Source: an uncultured Acidobacteriota bacterium (GTDB lineage Bacteria; Acidobacteriota; Thermoanaerobaculia; Gp7-AA8). Taken from it: a DNA stretch of 64,000 nucleotides. Shown here one piece after another: positions 49,144 to 61,230 of the stretch. Every line of letters starts with the position of its first letter. Position 1 is the stretch's first letter. A program made the position numbers and the translations under genes. The notes under the pieces were generated by a model that was not told where the DNA came from, ran no database searches, and saw only the letters and a list, made by a program, of their open reading frames with translations. Location of the stretch: the NCBI GenBank assembly GCA_963741955.1, contig CAVUKB010000010.1, positions 96,001-160,000 on the forward strand. The letters are read 5' to 3'.

Positions 49144-50496
49144 AGGCCTGCCGGCGCCGATCGCATCGAGCACGCGTGCCGCTTCGGTTCCGCTCAAGGG
49201 CGCATCGGGATTGGCCGGGAGCGCTCGGAGCTGGATACCGCAGCCCTCGAGAACCCGTTCGGCGCGCTGCAGCTCATCCGGATCTCCGAGCCCCTCCTGA
49301 GCGCAGCGAGGAGCGCCTCCGAGAAGCATGGCGCGGGAGGAGATCCGGAGAAAATTGGCTGCCGTGACGGTCTGCTCCGGATATGCGCGGCGGGTCACGG
49401 GATCCACCCGGAAGATGCCGAGTGCCAACGCCCGAACGAACTCTTCGCGTCCTCCTTCTTCCGGAATGTCGATGGCGATCGGCGGCTCCGGAAGATTCCT
49501 CGCGAAGCGGACCGCGGAGACCTTCCAGTAGAGGAGGGTCGCGAGCTGTTCCCGCGTCAGCGCCTGGCTGTCGAGCGCTTCGTGGTACTGCGGCGGGAGG
49601 TTGGCTTCCATCCATCGAGCCTTCACCCGGCTGAGCTTTTGCGAGTAGTTGCGGTCGGGGTACCGGCGCTGGAGACGCTCGAGTCGCGCAATGGCGTCCT
49701 GGTATCGGCCTTGTCCGGCGGCGATGTCGGCCAGCGCCTCCTGGACCTCGGGCCGGTCCGTGTATCCCTGATTGAACAGCGGCTCGATCTCCTTTCGCGC
49801 CCGCTCGAAATCCTGCAGCACGATCAGTTGCTGTACCAGGAGCAGCCGGGCCGCACTCGATTCCTTTTCGACGTCGAGGGCTTGCTGGAGAAGCTTCACA
49901 GCCTCTCGCGGCTGCGTCTGCTGGTTCGCGGCAGTGACGAGCTGTTCGAAGTAATCCTTGCGAATTTCGCCGAAGCGATTCCGGATCGACGGAGGGGAGT
50001 CAGGAGAGGCGATCGACGCGTAGGTCTGCCACGCGGACGCGAGGTCGCCTCGCGCGAACGCGAGCTCGGCCCGGTACGCTGTGGCGGCGGTGTACCCCTG
50101 GACCCCGGCATCGGCGCGGTCGATGAGAGCCTGTGCGGGATCGAGATTACCGCGGACGATTGCTATCGCTGCCTCGGCGAGAAGAGCGGGTCCATATCCG
50201 GGCACACGCTTTTCGATTCTCTGGAGATCCTGCTCCGCGGCATCGAGCTGCCCCGAAGTGAACTCACTCCAGGCCTGATCGAAGCGCCGGCTCTCTCCGG
50301 TGTCGAGAACGGCTCCGGGATATCCGAGGCGCGGGTCCGGAAACCGCGCGATCGTCTCGGCCGTCTTTGGCGAGATCCTGACGGGAGGAGGGGGCGCCGT
50401 TGCACATGCGGTGACGAGCAGCGTCACGAGCGCGACAGCAAAACTGGTGCGAACGACACCGGTGCGTCGCGAGTCGGTCCGGATCAAGTGTCCCAT
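49126..50496 (-). CDS. TPR-repeat lipoprotein
   Basis: Lipobox VTAC, TPR-like helices, SLH-like C-terminal segment. Confidence 0.75.
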   Translation of the reverse strand: MGHLIRTDSRRTGVVRTSFAVALVTLLVTACATAPPPPVRISPKTAETIARFPDPRLGYPGAVLDTGESRRFDQAWSEFTSGQLDAAEQDLQRIEKRVPGYGPALLAEAAIAIVRGNLDPAQALIDRADAGVQGYTAATAYRAELAFARGDLASAWQTYASIASPDSPPSIRNRFGEIRKDYFEQLVTAANQQTQPREAVKLLQQALDVEKESSAARLLLVQQLIVLQDFERARKEIEPLFNQGYTDRPEVQEALADIAAGQGRYQDAIARLERLQRRYPDRNYSQKLSRVKARWMEANLPPQYHEALDSQALTREQLATLLYWKVSAVRFARNLPEPPIAIDIPEEGGREEFVRALALGIFRVDPVTRRAYPEQTVTAANFLRISSRAMLLGGAPRCAQEGLGDPDELQRAERVLEGCGIQLRALPANPDAPLSGTEAARVLDAIGAGRPSAENR

Positions 50497-50583
50497 CGAG
50501 CGAGATTCCTCCTGAGATCGGGATCAGCGGCGAGAAGTGGTGATGCACGCTCTGCGCCGCCGTCGCACCGTCTGCCGGTGACA

Positions 50584-51495
50584 CTATGGCGACCGGCGGG
50601 TCAAAAATTCCAGGATCGTCTCGACCGCTCTATCCACCCCGTCAGTCACGTCGATCCAGCGGACTCCCGGCTCCGAGCGAAACCAGGTCATCTGTCGCTT
50701 CGCGTAAGCGCGGGTCCGCCGCTTCGTTTCTTCGACCGCTTCGCCGATGGAGATCTCTCCGCGAAGGTGCCGTACGGCTTCCCGGTAGCCGATCGTCCCG
50801 AACGGGCGTACGTCCTCCGGATATCTTTCGAGGAGCCTGCGTGTCTCTTCGACCAGGCCGGCTGCGTACATCGCGTCGACCCGGGCATCGAGCCGTTGTA
50901 CGAGCAAGGGTCGCGGAAGTGAGAGAACGAATTTCAACGAGGGGATCACTTCTGCCCCTGCGACGGGAGGAGTCCACGAAGAGATCGGCCTGCCGGCGGT
51001 GATCCAGACTTCGAGTGCGCGCTCGACACGATGCCGGTCGTGTGGAGAGATTCGCGACGCCGAGAGAGGATCGACCCGCGAGAGCCAGCGGTGAAGCCGC
51101 TGTGCTCCTCGGTGCCGCGTCTGCAGCTTTCGGAGACGTGACCTGACCCCCTCGTTGCGTGGCGGCATCTCGGGAAGGCCGCTGAGGAGAGCGCGAAGAT
51201 AGAAGCCGGTGCCACCGACCAGAATCGGACGCCGGCCTCGGGATAGGATGTCCGCACAGACGGTCCGGGCGACGTGTGCGTAATCGGCGGCGCTGAACGT
51301 CTCGTCGGCATCGACGAGGTCGAAGAGGTGGTGCGGAACAGTCAGACGTGTCGCTGTGTCCGGCTTCGCACTGCCGATGTCGAAACCGCGATAGAGCTGG
51401 ACCGAATCGTAGTTGACGATCTCGCCCTCGACTCGGGCGCCGAGGCGAATCCCCGTTTCCGATTTTCCCACTCCGGTCGGGCCGGCGAGGACCAC
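50584..51495 (-). CDS. miaA: tRNA dimethylallyltransferase
   Basis: GPTGVGKS, DSVQLY, DIGSAKP, VGGTGFY, YAKRQMTWF. Start uncertain. Confidence 0.95.
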   Translation of the reverse strand: MVLAGPTGVGKSETGIRLGARVEGEIVNYDSVQLYRGFDIGSAKPDTATRLTVPHHLFDLVDADETFSAADYAHVARTVCADILSRGRRPILVGGTGFYLRALLSGLPEMPPRNEGVRSRLRKLQTRHRGAQRLHRWLSRVDPLSASRISPHDRHRVERALEVWITAGRPISSWTPPVAGAEVIPSLKFVLSLPRPLLVQRLDARVDAMYAAGLVEETRRLLERYPEDVRPFGTIGYREAVRHLRGEISIGEAVEETKRRTRAYAKRQMTWFRSEPGVRWIDVTDGVDRAVETILEFLTRRSP

Positions 51496-51511
51496 CAGAG
51501 ATTTTTCGGAG

Positions 51512-51844
51512 TCAGCGGTCTCGTCCGGGTCTGATGTCGTGGTTCCGATCGTGCTCCTCCTCGAGGATGCTCCGCAGGTGAGTGCGGCAGTACATCTCCC
51601 CCCGTCGAATCGGACGCCGGCAGACCACGCAACGGCTTCGCGTTCCCGGCTTGAAGATGCGGTCGATCACCTGCAGGATGAGTCCGAGGACGACCAGTGC
51701 GACGCCGAACAGACCAGCCCAGGTGAGCATACTCACAGGGAGGAACTCGAGCAGAGGCGCATTGCTGGTCAGGTCGCGGACGAGAAAAAGCACCGCGACG
51801 ATCAGCGTCACCCACAGACCGGCCCACAGAAGCAGCGTCGACAT
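51512..51844 (-). CDS. Small membrane protein with C-terminal CxxC...CxxH zinc-finger-like motif
   Basis: Two TM helices, then CVVCRRPI...YCRTH. Confidence 0.65.
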   Translation of the reverse strand: MSTLLLWAGLWVTLIVAVLFLVRDLTSNAPLLEFLPVSMLTWAGLFGVALVVLGLILQVIDRIFKPGTRSRCVVCRRPIRRGEMYCRTHLRSILEEEHDRNHDIRPGRDR

Positions 51845-51863
51845 TCGCTCTTGTGAACCGATC

Positions 51864-54164
51864 TTATGGCTCGGTGAGACGGGTGTCAATTTCCCGGCTG
51901 ACGAAGAGAGCGTTCACCCGAACCGCGATGCGGATGGTGCCGCCCGTGTCGGTGCGGAACAGCCGGATCTCACTCGCCGCGAGCCTCTTCGTCACCTCCC
52001 GGTGCGGATGGCCGAAGAGATTGTTCCTGCCACAGGAAATGACCGCGATCGCAGGATGAACGCGACGGAGCATCGCCGTTCCGGTGGAGCTCCGGCTTCC
52101 GTGGTGAGCGATCTTCAGGACGTCGGCCGAGAAGTCGATGGGCCGTCGGAGGAGGTCGTCTTCCGCTTCATGTTCAATGTCTCCGCTGAGGAGGAAATGC
52201 CGCCGTCCGGTGCCGACGCGAAAGACGATCGACGAGTTGTTCTCGAACGCTCGTTTGAACCGTCTGTCTGCGCTGTGGGCCTCGAACCAGAATTCGCCGA
52301 CCGGGAATCGGTCGCCATCGTGGACCGCGCGAACCGGTACGGCGCGACTGGCGGCTGCATCCGTGAGGGCGTGACCACAGGGGAACGAGACGTGTCGTGG
52401 CGAGATGAGGATCTCTCCGACATCGAGATCGCGGATCACTGCAGGGAGCCCTCCACAATGGTCCGGATGCGGATGCGAGAGAGCGACCACGTCGAGATGC
52501 CGGACTCCGCGATCCAGCAGAAGCGGGAGGAGTCGCCGCTCCCCGAATTCATCGTCCCCGGGATGACCTCCTCCGTCGACGAGAATCGCGTGGCGACCGG
52601 AGCGGAGGAGAATCGCGTCGCCCTGACCGACGTCGAGAAACTCGATCTGCGCCGCGTCCACGCTGCCGCGTGCGTGAGAGAGGAGAAGAGTCGCGACAAG
52701 CGGGATCAGGAGGGGGAGCGGTACGAGGGCTCCGGCTTTTCGGCGGGTGGCGAGAAGCGCGACGAGAAGAAATGCGATCACGATCAGAAAGGCCGGAGGT
52801 GCCAGAGCGACCTGGTGGAGCCTCAGCGTCGTCGACACGAATTCGTTTCCGACAGTCGCACAGTGATCGAGTAACCCGATCAGATCGAGCGAGCTTCGTG
52901 CGAGCGGTGCGTAGGCGAAGGATCCTGCGGCCGCGGCTGCGGAGAGGAGCATCATCGCCATCAGAACCGGTCCGAGCAGGATGGTGAAGAGAGCACTCCC
53001 GATCACGAACTGGTGGAAGTAAAAGAGAGTGAGAGGGGTGGTGCTGAGCTCCGCCCCTGCGCCGTAGAGCAGTGCGGAAGTCAGCCGCCGTCGCGGCTCG
53101 AGCCATTGATGGAGCGCTCCGCCGACGAGAATCAGCCCTCCCGTCGCGCCGTAGGTGAGCGCAAAGCCTGCGTCCGTGAGCTCTCCTGGAACCGCGATGA
53201 GACGGATCAGAGCCGAGACGAACAGCAGGTTGCGCGTCGAGGTGGGGCGCCGAAGGAGACGGGAGAGCGCATACAAGCCGAGCATCCACGCCGAGCGAGC
53301 AACGGATGGTTCATTTCCTGCGAACGACGGTGCGAGGAGAGCGATGCACAACAACACGAAGTCGGCCGATCGCCGTGCTCCCGCGAAACGCAGCAGGATC
53401 GTCAGCAGTGCCGCGGCCACTGCGATGTGCATCCCGGAGAAGACGAGAAGGTGGTACGTTCCTCCGCGCCTGTAGCTCCGTTTCGTCTGAAGAGAGAGAG
53501 CGTCTTTCCGTCCCAGGAGGAGCGCCTTCGCGAGCGCGACCGATTCCCGCCGTCGCGCCGAGTCGGCAAAGCGGTCGAGTCGTCTTCCGATGGCGCGGTT
53601 CCAGGCGGTGGGACTCCACGCCGGAATGGTTTCCTCCAGGTGGACCAGCCGCGGCGACTTCACGTGGAGTGTGATCCGCCCGTCGGGGCTCGTCCGCATC
53701 AGTGCCTCGGCGACTACGCGCCGGTGCGTGACGATGTCGGGCGGAACGCCCGAGAGATAGAGAAAGAGGGGCTCCCGAATGAGCCGCGACTCCCGCCCCT
53801 GGCGGATCTCGACGTCACTCAACTCGATGCGGTGCTCGCCGAAGCGCCCCTCGACCCAGTCGTGCTCGATGGTGCCGCGCGCCTGGACGAAGCGGGCCGA
53901 AACGAGCGAGGCGACGAATCGTCTCTCGGCGCGGTGCAGGATCGCTTCGTGATGACCGACGAAGACGCCCGCCACGAACAATGCGACCAGCAGAGAGAGC
54001 GCACAGCGGCGTCTCCGGGCGAGCGCACCGCTGAGAAGAGGAAGGACGACGAGGGCCCCCAGCATCCACGGATACAAGTCGACCGTTTCGCCGGCCACGA
54101 GACCGGCGACATAGATGAAAAGTGCTGCTGCTGCAGGAGTCTCGGCAGTCGTATCACGCGACAC
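51864..54164 (-). CDS. comEC: DNA uptake competence protein ComEC/Rec2
   Basis: [33 protein letters not shown]. Confidence 0.92.
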   Translation of the reverse strand: MSRDTTAETPAAAALFIYVAGLVAGETVDLYPWMLGALVVLPLLSGALARRRRCALSLLVALFVAGVFVGHHEAILHRAERRFVASLVSARFVQARGTIEHDWVEGRFGEHRIELSDVEIRQGRESRLIREPLFLYLSGVPPDIVTHRRVVAEALMRTSPDGRITLHVKSPRLVHLEETIPAWSPTAWNRAIGRRLDRFADSARRRESVALAKALLLGRKDALSLQTKRSYRRGGTYHLLVFSGMHIAVAAALLTILLRFAGARRSADFVLLCIALLAPSFAGNEPSVARSAWMLGLYALSRLLRRPTSTRNLLFVSALIRLIAVPGELTDAGFALTYGATGGLILVGGALHQWLEPRRRLTSALLYGAGAELSTTPLTLFYFHQFVIGSALFTILLGPVLMAMMLLSAAAAAGSFAYAPLARSSLDLIGLLDHCATVGNEFVSTTLRLHQVALAPPAFLIVIAFLLVALLATRRKAGALVPLPLLIPLVATLLLSHARGSVDAAQIEFLDVGQGDAILLRSGRHAILVDGGGHPGDDEFGERRLLPLLLDRGVRHLDVVALSHPHPDHCGGLPAVIRDLDVGEILISPRHVSFPCGHALTDAAASRAVPVRAVHDGDRFPVGEFWFEAHSADRRFKRAFENNSSIVFRVGTGRRHFLLSGDIEHEAEDDLLRRPIDFSADVLKIAHHGSRSSTGTAMLRRVHPAIAVISCGRNNLFGHPHREVTKRLAASEIRLFRTDTGGTIRIAVRVNALFVSREIDTRLTEP

Positions 54165-55347
54165 GCACGAAGGAGGAAAGCGTCTCGATGTGGTGGGTGT
54201 TCGGGAAGAGGTCGACCAGCTCGAGCGAGGAGAGGGACCATCCGGCGCGTCTCAGCCGGGACGCGTCGCGGGCCAAGGTTACCGGATCACACGAAAGATA
54301 ACAAATCGTTCCCCCGTTCATCCCGCCGAGTGCGCTGGTCACCGACTGGTGCAGACCGGCGCGTGGCGGGTCGACCATCACGAAGTCGAAATCGAGCCGA
54401 GTCCGCCGGACGAACTGTTCCACGGTCGTCGAGACCACCTTCGCGTTCCGGCAGCCGTGGAGATTGATCTCGGCCCATCGGTTCGATTCCGCAGAGGCTT
54501 CGACTGCGATCACGCTGTCGAACAGTGTTGCGAGCGGGACCGCGAAGAAGCCGGCTCCGGCGTACAGGTCGGCCGCGCTGCGGCGAGAAGAGATCGCGCC
54601 AGCGAGGTCCATCACCAGCCGGATCAGAGTTCCGAGAAGATGACGATTCACCTGAAAGAACGACGCGGTCGAGATGCGGTAGCTGAACGGATCGACGTGG
54701 ACTTCGACCGGTTCTCCCGTCGACCGGGCCGACGGGTCGACGACCACCAGCTCGTTTCCCGAGTCGAAGACCTCCAGAGTTCCTCCGGCAGTCGACGCAC
54801 CGAAGCGCGAAAGTTCATCGAGATGCCGCAACACGGATGGACTGACGATCTCGCACTCCGCCGGCAGCGGCACGATGCGGTGCGACTCTGCTGCGTAGAA
54901 GCCGATCGCCGGATCGCCATCTCCCGCTGCGTGTATGCGGCTCCGGATGCGGTAGTTCAGCGGAGAAGGATGGATTCTCACCGGAGGGATCTCCGCATCG
55001 GAAAACTTCGCCACGCGCCGGAGCGAGTCGAGGAGGATGCTGCGCTTCGCCCGGAGCTGGGCGTCGAGCCGCAGCTCGGTCCAGTCGCAGCCGCCGCATT
55101 CGGACGCGACCGGACATGGATTGGTGCGCCGCTCGGGTCCCGCGAATCTCAGCTCGCGAAGAACGCCCCTCCCGAATCCGCGCCTGACTTCGGTGACTTC
55201 GACCAGTGCAGTGTCGCCGGGATAGAGTCCTGGGACGAACAACGGGAACCCGTCGATCCGGGCGAGCGCGTCGCCGCCGGCGACGAGCTGTTCCGGATGG
55301 ATTTCGACCAGATCTCCGGGATGTGTGGGTGGAATTCTCTCGGGCAT
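54154..55347 (-). CDS. 23S rRNA (uracil-C5)-methyltransferase RlmD/TrmA family
   Basis: TRAM region, CP...[38 protein letters not shown]. Confidence 0.9.
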   Translation of the reverse strand: MPERIPPTHPGDLVEIHPEQLVAGGDALARIDGFPLFVPGLYPGDTALVEVTEVRRGFGRGVLRELRFAGPERRTNPCPVASECGGCDWTELRLDAQLRAKRSILLDSLRRVAKFSDAEIPPVRIHPSPLNYRIRSRIHAAGDGDPAIGFYAAESHRIVPLPAECEIVSPSVLRHLDELSRFGASTAGGTLEVFDSGNELVVVDPSARSTGEPVEVHVDPFSYRISTASFFQVNRHLLGTLIRLVMDLAGAISSRRSAADLYAGAGFFAVPLATLFDSVIAVEASAESNRWAEINLHGCRNAKVVSTTVEQFVRRTRLDFDFVMVDPPRAGLHQSVTSALGGMNGGTICYLSCDPVTLARDASRLRRAGWSLSSLELVDLFPNTHHIETLSSFVRVA

Positions 55348-55428
55348 CGGTGCGTCCCTCCGATTCTGTCGATTTTTACCGAATTTTCGATACGCAACCC
55401 CCGGAGGCGTGATAAAAACCCAGCGGCT

Positions 55429-56601
55429 ATGAAAGTACATGAATATCAGGCAAAAGACATTCTCAAAAGATACGGCGTTCCCACGCCTCGTGGGACGGTC
55501 GTAGAAAACCCGATGGCGGCGCGCGAGGCTGCGAAGGAGCTCGGCGGCCGAGTCGTCGTCAAAGCACAGATCCACGCAGGAGGCCGAGGCAAAGGCGGCG
55601 GCGTGAAACTCGCGAACGACGCGGATGAAGCGGCCGAGCTGACGAAGAAAATGCTCGGCATGACTCTGGTGACCCACCAGACCGGCCCGGAGGGGCGGGT
55701 GGTCCGCAAGGTCCTGATCGAAGAAGCGTTGAACATCGACCGCGAGTTGTATCTCGGCATCACTCTGGATCGACGGATCGGAAAGCCGGTGGTGATGGCC
55801 TCCGCTCAGGGCGGCATGGAGATCGAAGAAGTCGCCGCACGCGATCCGAAGGCGATCTATCGTGAGCCGGTGGATGGAGTTCTCGGAATCCAGCCTTTCC
55901 AGGCGAAGAAGATCGCTCTGGCACTCGGACTGGAAGGCGACGCGTACAAGAAGTGCGTGAGCTTCGTCCAGAAGTTGATGAAGGCGTACATCGAGATGGA
56001 CGCCTCTCTCGCGGAGATCAATCCCCTTCTGGTTACGAAGGAAGGGAACGTCGTCGCGCTCGACTGCAAGATGAACTTCGACGACAACGCGATGTTCCGC
56101 CACAAGGATGTGGCCGAGATGCGCGATCTTTACGAAGAAGATCCGCTGGAAGTCGAGGCTTCGAAGTTCGGGCTCAACTACATCAAGCTCGACGGAAACG
56201 TCGGTTGCATGGTCAATGGTGCGGGCCTCGCCATGGCGACCATGGACATCATCAAGCTCGCTGGCGGAGAACCGGCGAACTTTCTCGACGTCGGCGGCGG
56301 AGCCAATGCCGAGCAGGTGAAGAACGCCTTCCAGATCATTCTGAGTGATCAGAATGTGAAGGCGATCCTGATCAACATCTTCGGCGGAATCATGCGGTGC
56401 GACCGCATCGCCGAAGGAGTGGTCGAAGCCTCGAAAGAAGTCGGGCTCCCGGTGCCGGTCGTCGTCCGTCTCGAAGGGACGAACGTCGACCTCGGTAAGG
56501 AGATCCTGGCGAAATCGGGCCTGAATCTGATCAGCGCCGACGGGATGGAAGATGCTGCCCGCAAGGTGGTCGACGCCGCGGGTGGCGCCGCCAAGGCCTG
56601 A
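55429..56601 (+). CDS. sucC: Succinyl-CoA ligase beta subunit
   Basis: [32 protein letters not shown]. Confidence 0.97.
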   Translation: MKVHEYQAKDILKRYGVPTPRGTVVENPMAAREAAKELGGRVVVKAQIHAGGRGKGGGVKLANDADEAAELTKKMLGMTLVTHQTGPEGRVVRKVLIEEALNIDRELYLGITLDRRIGKPVVMASAQGGMEIEEVAARDPKAIYREPVDGVLGIQPFQAKKIALALGLEGDAYKKCVSFVQKLMKAYIEMDASLAEINPLLVTKEGNVVALDCKMNFDDNAMFRHKDVAEMRDLYEEDPLEVEASKFGLNYIKLDGNVGCMVNGAGLAMATMDIIKLAGGEPANFLDVGGGANAEQVKNAFQIILSDQNVKAILINIFGGIMRCDRIAEGVVEASKEVGLPVPVVVRLEGTNVDLGKEILAKSGLNLISADGMEDAARKVVDAAGGAAKA

Positions 56602-56623
56602 GAACGACCGACTGGAGACGTGA

Positions 56624-57520
56624 ATGGCAATCTGGGCTGACAAGACGACGCGGGTGGTCGTACAGGGGATCACCGGCAAGGAAGGTACGTTTCACGCGAT
56701 CCAATGCCGCGACTACGGAACGAACATCGTGGGCGGTGTCACCCCCGGAAAAGGGGGAACGACACATGAGGGATTCGCCGTCTTCAATACGGTGGAAGAT
56801 GCGAAGAACCAGACCGGCGCGAACTGCGCTCTGATTTTCGTGCCTCCACCGTTCGCCGGAGATGCGGTGATGGAAGCCACCGAAGCGGGGATGGATCTGA
56901 TCGTCTGCGTGACGGAGGGGATTCCGGTCAACGACATGATCCGGGCGCATGATTTTCTGGCGAAGGCGAATGCCGCACGACCGGAGGGGAAAGAGATCCG
57001 GCTGATCGGTCCGAACTGTCCGGGAATCATCACTCCCGACCAGGCGAAGATCGGGATCATGCCGGGACACATCCACAAGGCGGGGCCGATCGGGATCGTT
57101 TCCCGCTCCGGAACGCTGACCTACGAAGCGGTCGGTCAGCTCAGCCGCCGCGACATCGGTCAGTCGACGGCGGTCGGAATCGGCGGGGACCCTCTTCCAG
57201 GGACGAACTTCATCGACTGCCTCCGTGCCTTCCAGGCGGATCCGGAGACGGAAGCGATCGTGATGATCGGCGAGATCGGAGGGTCGGCCGAAGAAGACGC
57301 CGCAGCCTTCGTGAAGGCGAACGTGACGAAACCGGTGGTCGCGTTCATCGCGGGACAGACCGCGCCTCCGGGCCGGCGGATGGGACATGCCGGCGCGATC
57401 ATCAGCGGAGGAAAGGGAACCGCGAAGGAGAAGATGGAAGCGCTCAGCGCGGCCGGCATTCACGTGGTGAAGTCTCCTGCGGATCTCGGTTCGAAGATCG
57501 TCGAAGTCTGGAAGAAGTAG
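56624..57520 (+). CDS. sucD: Succinyl-CoA ligase alpha subunit
   Basis: [26 protein letters not shown]. Confidence 0.97.
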   Translation: MAIWADKTTRVVVQGITGKEGTFHAIQCRDYGTNIVGGVTPGKGGTTHEGFAVFNTVEDAKNQTGANCALIFVPPPFAGDAVMEATEAGMDLIVCVTEGIPVNDMIRAHDFLAKANAARPEGKEIRLIGPNCPGIITPDQAKIGIMPGHIHKAGPIGIVSRSGTLTYEAVGQLSRRDIGQSTAVGIGGDPLPGTNFIDCLRAFQADPETEAIVMIGEIGGSAEEDAAAFVKANVTKPVVAFIAGQTAPPGRRMGHAGAIISGGKGTAKEKMEALSAAGIHVVKSPADLGSKIVEVWKK

Positions 57521-57660
57521 GCCTTCGGTCGCGATCGACCGGCGCAGCTTTCCAGGTCATCGCGGAATCCGACGACTGCGTGATCGCCCCCGCCATTCGA
57601 TGATTTCAGAGTTGTTCGAATGGCGGGCGGCGGCGCGGGACGATACGAGGAAAGTGGAGT

Positions 57661-58338
57661 ATGGCAACGCCGCTCACGGTTCCGGGAACGCCGTCCCGTG
57701 GATGGCTCGTGCTGATCGGGGGAGGAGAATTCTCGTTCGGCGAGACCGAGGAGATCGACCGGTTTCTGCTCGGAAAGCTGCCTCCGGACCGGCGGCGCAT
57801 TGCGTTCCTCCCGACTGCGTCCGGCTCGACCGAGTACGCGCGTCACTTCGCCGCGTACGTCCACGGTCTCGACCCCGAGGTGGAGGTTCTGAACGTCCCG
57901 GTGTACCGCGGTCGAGATGCCCGCCGGGGCAGAAATCTGGAATGGATCTCCGAAGCCGGGATGGTGTACGCGGGCGGTGGAATCGTCAACCGGTTCCTCT
58001 TCACCATCCGGGAATCACCCGCGGAGGAAGCGATGCGCGCAGTGCTCGACGGAGGAGGCATCGTCGCCGCCATCGGCGCGGCCGCATCCGCGTTCGGCGC
58101 CGTCTGTCGCGACATGGAAGGCCGCGAGCCCTGGCTGGAGGGGCTGGACTGGATTTCGGACAGCGTCATAGAGACCTCGTTCGAACCGGCTGACGACACC
58201 GGACTGCGACGGCTGGTATCCCTCCCACGAATCCAGATGGGGTTCGGCATCCCGGCAGGGATGGCTCTGGCGATCGCTCCGGACCGGAGCGGCGAGATCG
58301 TGGGTAGCGGTTCGCTGGCCGTGGTCCGCAAACCCTGA
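57661..58338 (+). CDS. Cyanophycinase/peptidase S51-like fold, catalytic residues apparently lost
   Basis: LVLIGGGE, FLPTAS, YAGGG. AIGAAA occupies the position of GxSAGA. Confidence 0.7.
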   Translation: MATPLTVPGTPSRGWLVLIGGGEFSFGETEEIDRFLLGKLPPDRRRIAFLPTASGSTEYARHFAAYVHGLDPEVEVLNVPVYRGRDARRGRNLEWISEAGMVYAGGGIVNRFLFTIRESPAEEAMRAVLDGGGIVAAIGAAASAFGAVCRDMEGREPWLEGLDWISDSVIETSFEPADDTGLRRLVSLPRIQMGFGIPAGMALAIAPDRSGEIVGSGSLAVVRKP

Positions 58339-58453
58339 ACTCCGCATCTTTCCCGGAGCGTGGTGCCACCGACTTCACCGCCCCGCGTCGAAAATCGCGG
58401 AGCGTGATCGTCCGAATCCAGGGGCGTCAAGGTGCTACGATGAGTGCTTCACC

Positions 58454-60658
58454 ATGATGTCCAGGCCGTTTTCGAGACAGACGGCAGCTGCGGCTGCTGA
58501 AGCGCAGCTCGACTCCCGGCGACGAGTGGTCATAGTCGATCTCGTCCAGGGCGTGATCGGGCTCGGCGCGCTGCTCGTCGTCACGATCCTTCGATTCCCA
58601 GAGGCGCGGAAACTTCTCGCCGAGCTCGGATCCGACGCATGGATTCTGATCCTGATCTTTTTTCTCTTTGCTTCCGTGTTGCAGATGCTGAAGTTCGAGC
58701 TGACGAATCTGGTGTTCGTCTCCCTGAGTCTCACCGCCTACATCGCGATGTATCCCATCCTGGGAATGACTCTCTCCGCGTGGATCGCGGTCGCTGCCGC
58801 GATGATCACCCGCTTTCTCGGAATCAAGCAGATCGGACCGGTGAAGATCGACGTGAGCGATCCGTTGATCGAGTACCTCAACGTTTTCCGGCTTTTCGCG
58901 ACATATGGGATCCCGGTGATGATCGGGGCATGGCTGTACGAATTTCTCGGCGGGAGCGTCCCGGTCGGTGAGATCTCCCTTGCCGAGATCTCACGCCTGA
59001 CGGTCTGCTCACTGGTGGTGATTGCAGCAAACAGTTTTCTGATGGATCGCGTGATGGCTGCGTGGGGATATACCGCCGACCGCCGGGTCACTCTGATCGC
59101 GACCGACAGCTCCATTTATCTCCTCACGCTCCCGTACGCGATCACCATGACCCTTGCTTATCGGGGAATGGGTTGGGGGGCGGTGCTCGCGCTGGCATTC
59201 ACCGGAATCGTGGCGAATCTGGTGGCCCGAAATCTCGCCGCGACGAGAACAGAGTCGCGGGTGCAACTCCAGCGTCTCGCGTCACTGTCGAATATCGGGA
59301 AGACCATTTCGCTCCGCTTTACGACCGAGGAGCTCCTGACCACCATCTACACCGAGTGCCGGAAAGTCGTGGATGTGTCGCTCTTCAGCATCGCGCTCTT
59401 CGACGAACAGACGAACGAGCTTTGCTTCGAGCTGGACATCCGGGATGACACGGTCCTGCCGAAAGATCGGATTTCGATGGGAGAGGGGCTGAACTCGTGG
59501 GTGATCACGAACCACCGGCCGCTGCTTCTCGGAAGCGTGAAGGAGGAGCGGCAGCTGGGGCTGCAGTCGCTCGAAGACGGCAAACCGACCGAATCGTGGC
59601 TCGGAGTACCGATGATCGCGCGAGACCGTGCGATCGGGGTCATCTCGATCCAGAGCTATCGCAAGCATGCGTTCAACCACGACGACGTTCTGCTGCTCAC
59701 TTCGATCGCCAATCAGGCCGCGGTCGCGCTCGAGAATGCGAACCTGTACAAAGATCTGGAAGGATTGACCTACGCTCTCGAGCAGAGGGTCCTCGACCGG
59801 ACCAACGAACTGCGCGAAGCGAACCTGAGGCTTCTCGCGGCCGATCGCTCGAAGAGCCAGTTCCTGGCGAACATGAGCCATGAGCTGAGGACTCCTCTGA
59901 ACTCCGTGATCGGTTTTTCGAGCGTGCTGCTCGACAACACCGAGCCGGTCCTCCCGTCGAGGTTGTACAAGTTTCTGGAGAACATCCGGACCGCTGGAAA
60001 TCACCTGCTCGAGCTGATCAACGACATCCTCGACCTGTCGAAGATCGAAGCGGGCAAGATGGAATTGCGCCCCGAATGGTTCGAGATCCGCGACACGGTC
60101 GCCTCGGTCGAACGGGTGATGCGTGGTCTAGCCGCCGAAGCGGGCGTCTCGCTCAAGACGACCGTGGAGACGACGGTTCCGCTGGTCCGGCTCGACGAAG
60201 GACGAGTGAAGCAGATCCTCTTCAATCTCCTCTCGAACGCGGTGAAATTCTCGCCTGGAGGTGGCCCCGTCGAGCTGGAAGTGGCACGCGTCGATGCCGA
60301 CGCATCGCCGCTCGAGATGTCCTCGATCCGGATGGTCGTCCGCGACCACGGCATCGGGATCGACGCCGAACACCTGGCCAGGATCTTCGACGAGTTCTAT
60401 CAGACCGACGAAGGGCGGAAGACCCGGAAGGGGGGGACCGGTCTCGGTCTCTCGCTGACGCGGAGTTTCGTCGAGCTCCATCACGGAGAGATCGAAGTTC
60501 AGTCGCAACTCGGCAAAGGGTCGACGTTCCGGATGGTGCTCCCGGTCGATTACTACGAAGCGGCGGCGGCTCGCGGTTCCATTCCGTCTCGATCGAGCTC
60601 CTCGCCGCGTTCTGCGGTCGGCGACGTCGCGCTCGGAGAGATGCCGGTCCGTCACTGA
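58454..60658 (+). CDS. Membrane GAF-domain sensor histidine kinase
   Basis: N-terminal TM bundle, GAF, H-box MSHELRTPLN, NLLSNAVKF, DHGIG, GTGLGL. Confidence 0.92.
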   Translation: MMSRPFSRQTAAAAAEAQLDSRRRVVIVDLVQGVIGLGALLVVTILRFPEARKLLAELGSDAWILILIFFLFASVLQMLKFELTNLVFVSLSLTAYIAMYPILGMTLSAWIAVAAAMITRFLGIKQIGPVKIDVSDPLIEYLNVFRLFATYGIPVMIGAWLYEFLGGSVPVGEISLAEISRLTVCSLVVIAANSFLMDRVMAAWGYTADRRVTLIATDSSIYLLTLPYAITMTLAYRGMGWGAVLALAFTGIVANLVARNLAATRTESRVQLQRLASLSNIGKTISLRFTTEELLTTIYTECRKVVDVSLFSIALFDEQTNELCFELDIRDDTVLPKDRISMGEGLNSWVITNHRPLLLGSVKEERQLGLQSLEDGKPTESWLGVPMIARDRAIGVISIQSYRKHAFNHDDVLLLTSIANQAAVALENANLYKDLEGLTYALEQRVLDRTNELREANLRLLAADRSKSQFLANMSHELRTPLNSVIGFSSVLLDNTEPVLPSRLYKFLENIRTAGNHLLELINDILDLSKIEAGKMELRPEWFEIRDTVASVERVMRGLAAEAGVSLKTTVETTVPLVRLDEGRVKQILFNLLSNAVKFSPGGGPVELEVARVDADASPLEMSSIRMVVRDHGIGIDAEHLARIFDEFYQTDEGRKTRKGGTGLGLSLTRSFVELHHGEIEVQSQLGKGSTFRMVLPVDYYEAAAARGSIPSRSSSSPRSAVGDVALGEMPVRH

Positions 60659-60751
60659 GATCACCCGGCCATACGGATTGATTCGATTTCTGTATAATCC
60701 GCGCCCGCGGTGCCGTGCGGCGGCCGTGAACACTCCATGAAGGATGGTCCC

Positions 60752-61168
60752 ATGTCAGAAAGAACGTTCACCATCGTGAAGCCCGACTCGGTCGAGAAGG
60801 GAAATTTCGGAAGAATCATGGCTAGGCTCGAAGCCGAGGGTTTCAAGGTGATCGGCATCAAGAGGCTGCACCTCAGCCGTCAGCAGGCGGAAGCCTTCTA
60901 CGGCGTACATCGCGAGCGACCCTTCTTCGCGGATCTCGTGCGATACATGACGTCAGGTCCGGTGTTCGTCGCTGCGCTGGAGCGCGCAGATGCGGTTCCG
61001 CATCTGCGAAAGGTGATGGGAGCGACTGATCCGTCCAAAGCCGATCCCGGCACCATCCGGAAAGAGATGGGCGAGTCGATCGAGCGGAATGCGATTCACG
61101 GTTCGGATTCGCCCGAGAACGCCGCGATCGAGATCGGCTTCTTCTTCTCCACGGCGGAGCTGCTGTAA
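60752..61168 (+). CDS. ndk: Nucleoside-diphosphate kinase
   Basis: ERTFTIVKPD, GTIR, NAIHGSDS. Confidence 0.97.
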   Translation: MSERTFTIVKPDSVEKGNFGRIMARLEAEGFKVIGIKRLHLSRQQAEAFYGVHRERPFFADLVRYMTSGPVFVAALERADAVPHLRKVMGATDPSKADPGTIRKEMGESIERNAIHGSDSPENAAIEIGFFFSTAELL

Positions 61169-61230
61169 TCCGAGCTTTTTGAGCTTGCGGGGTTCGCGCT
61201 CCGCGCCGGTGGCATTACACTCACTGCAGG

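Noticed and set aside
54115-56679. Apparent 828-aa and 841-aa fusion ORFs
   Set aside because: Each is a real gene (sucC from 55429; RNA methyltransferase from 55347) extended through the antisense frame of its divergent neighbour.
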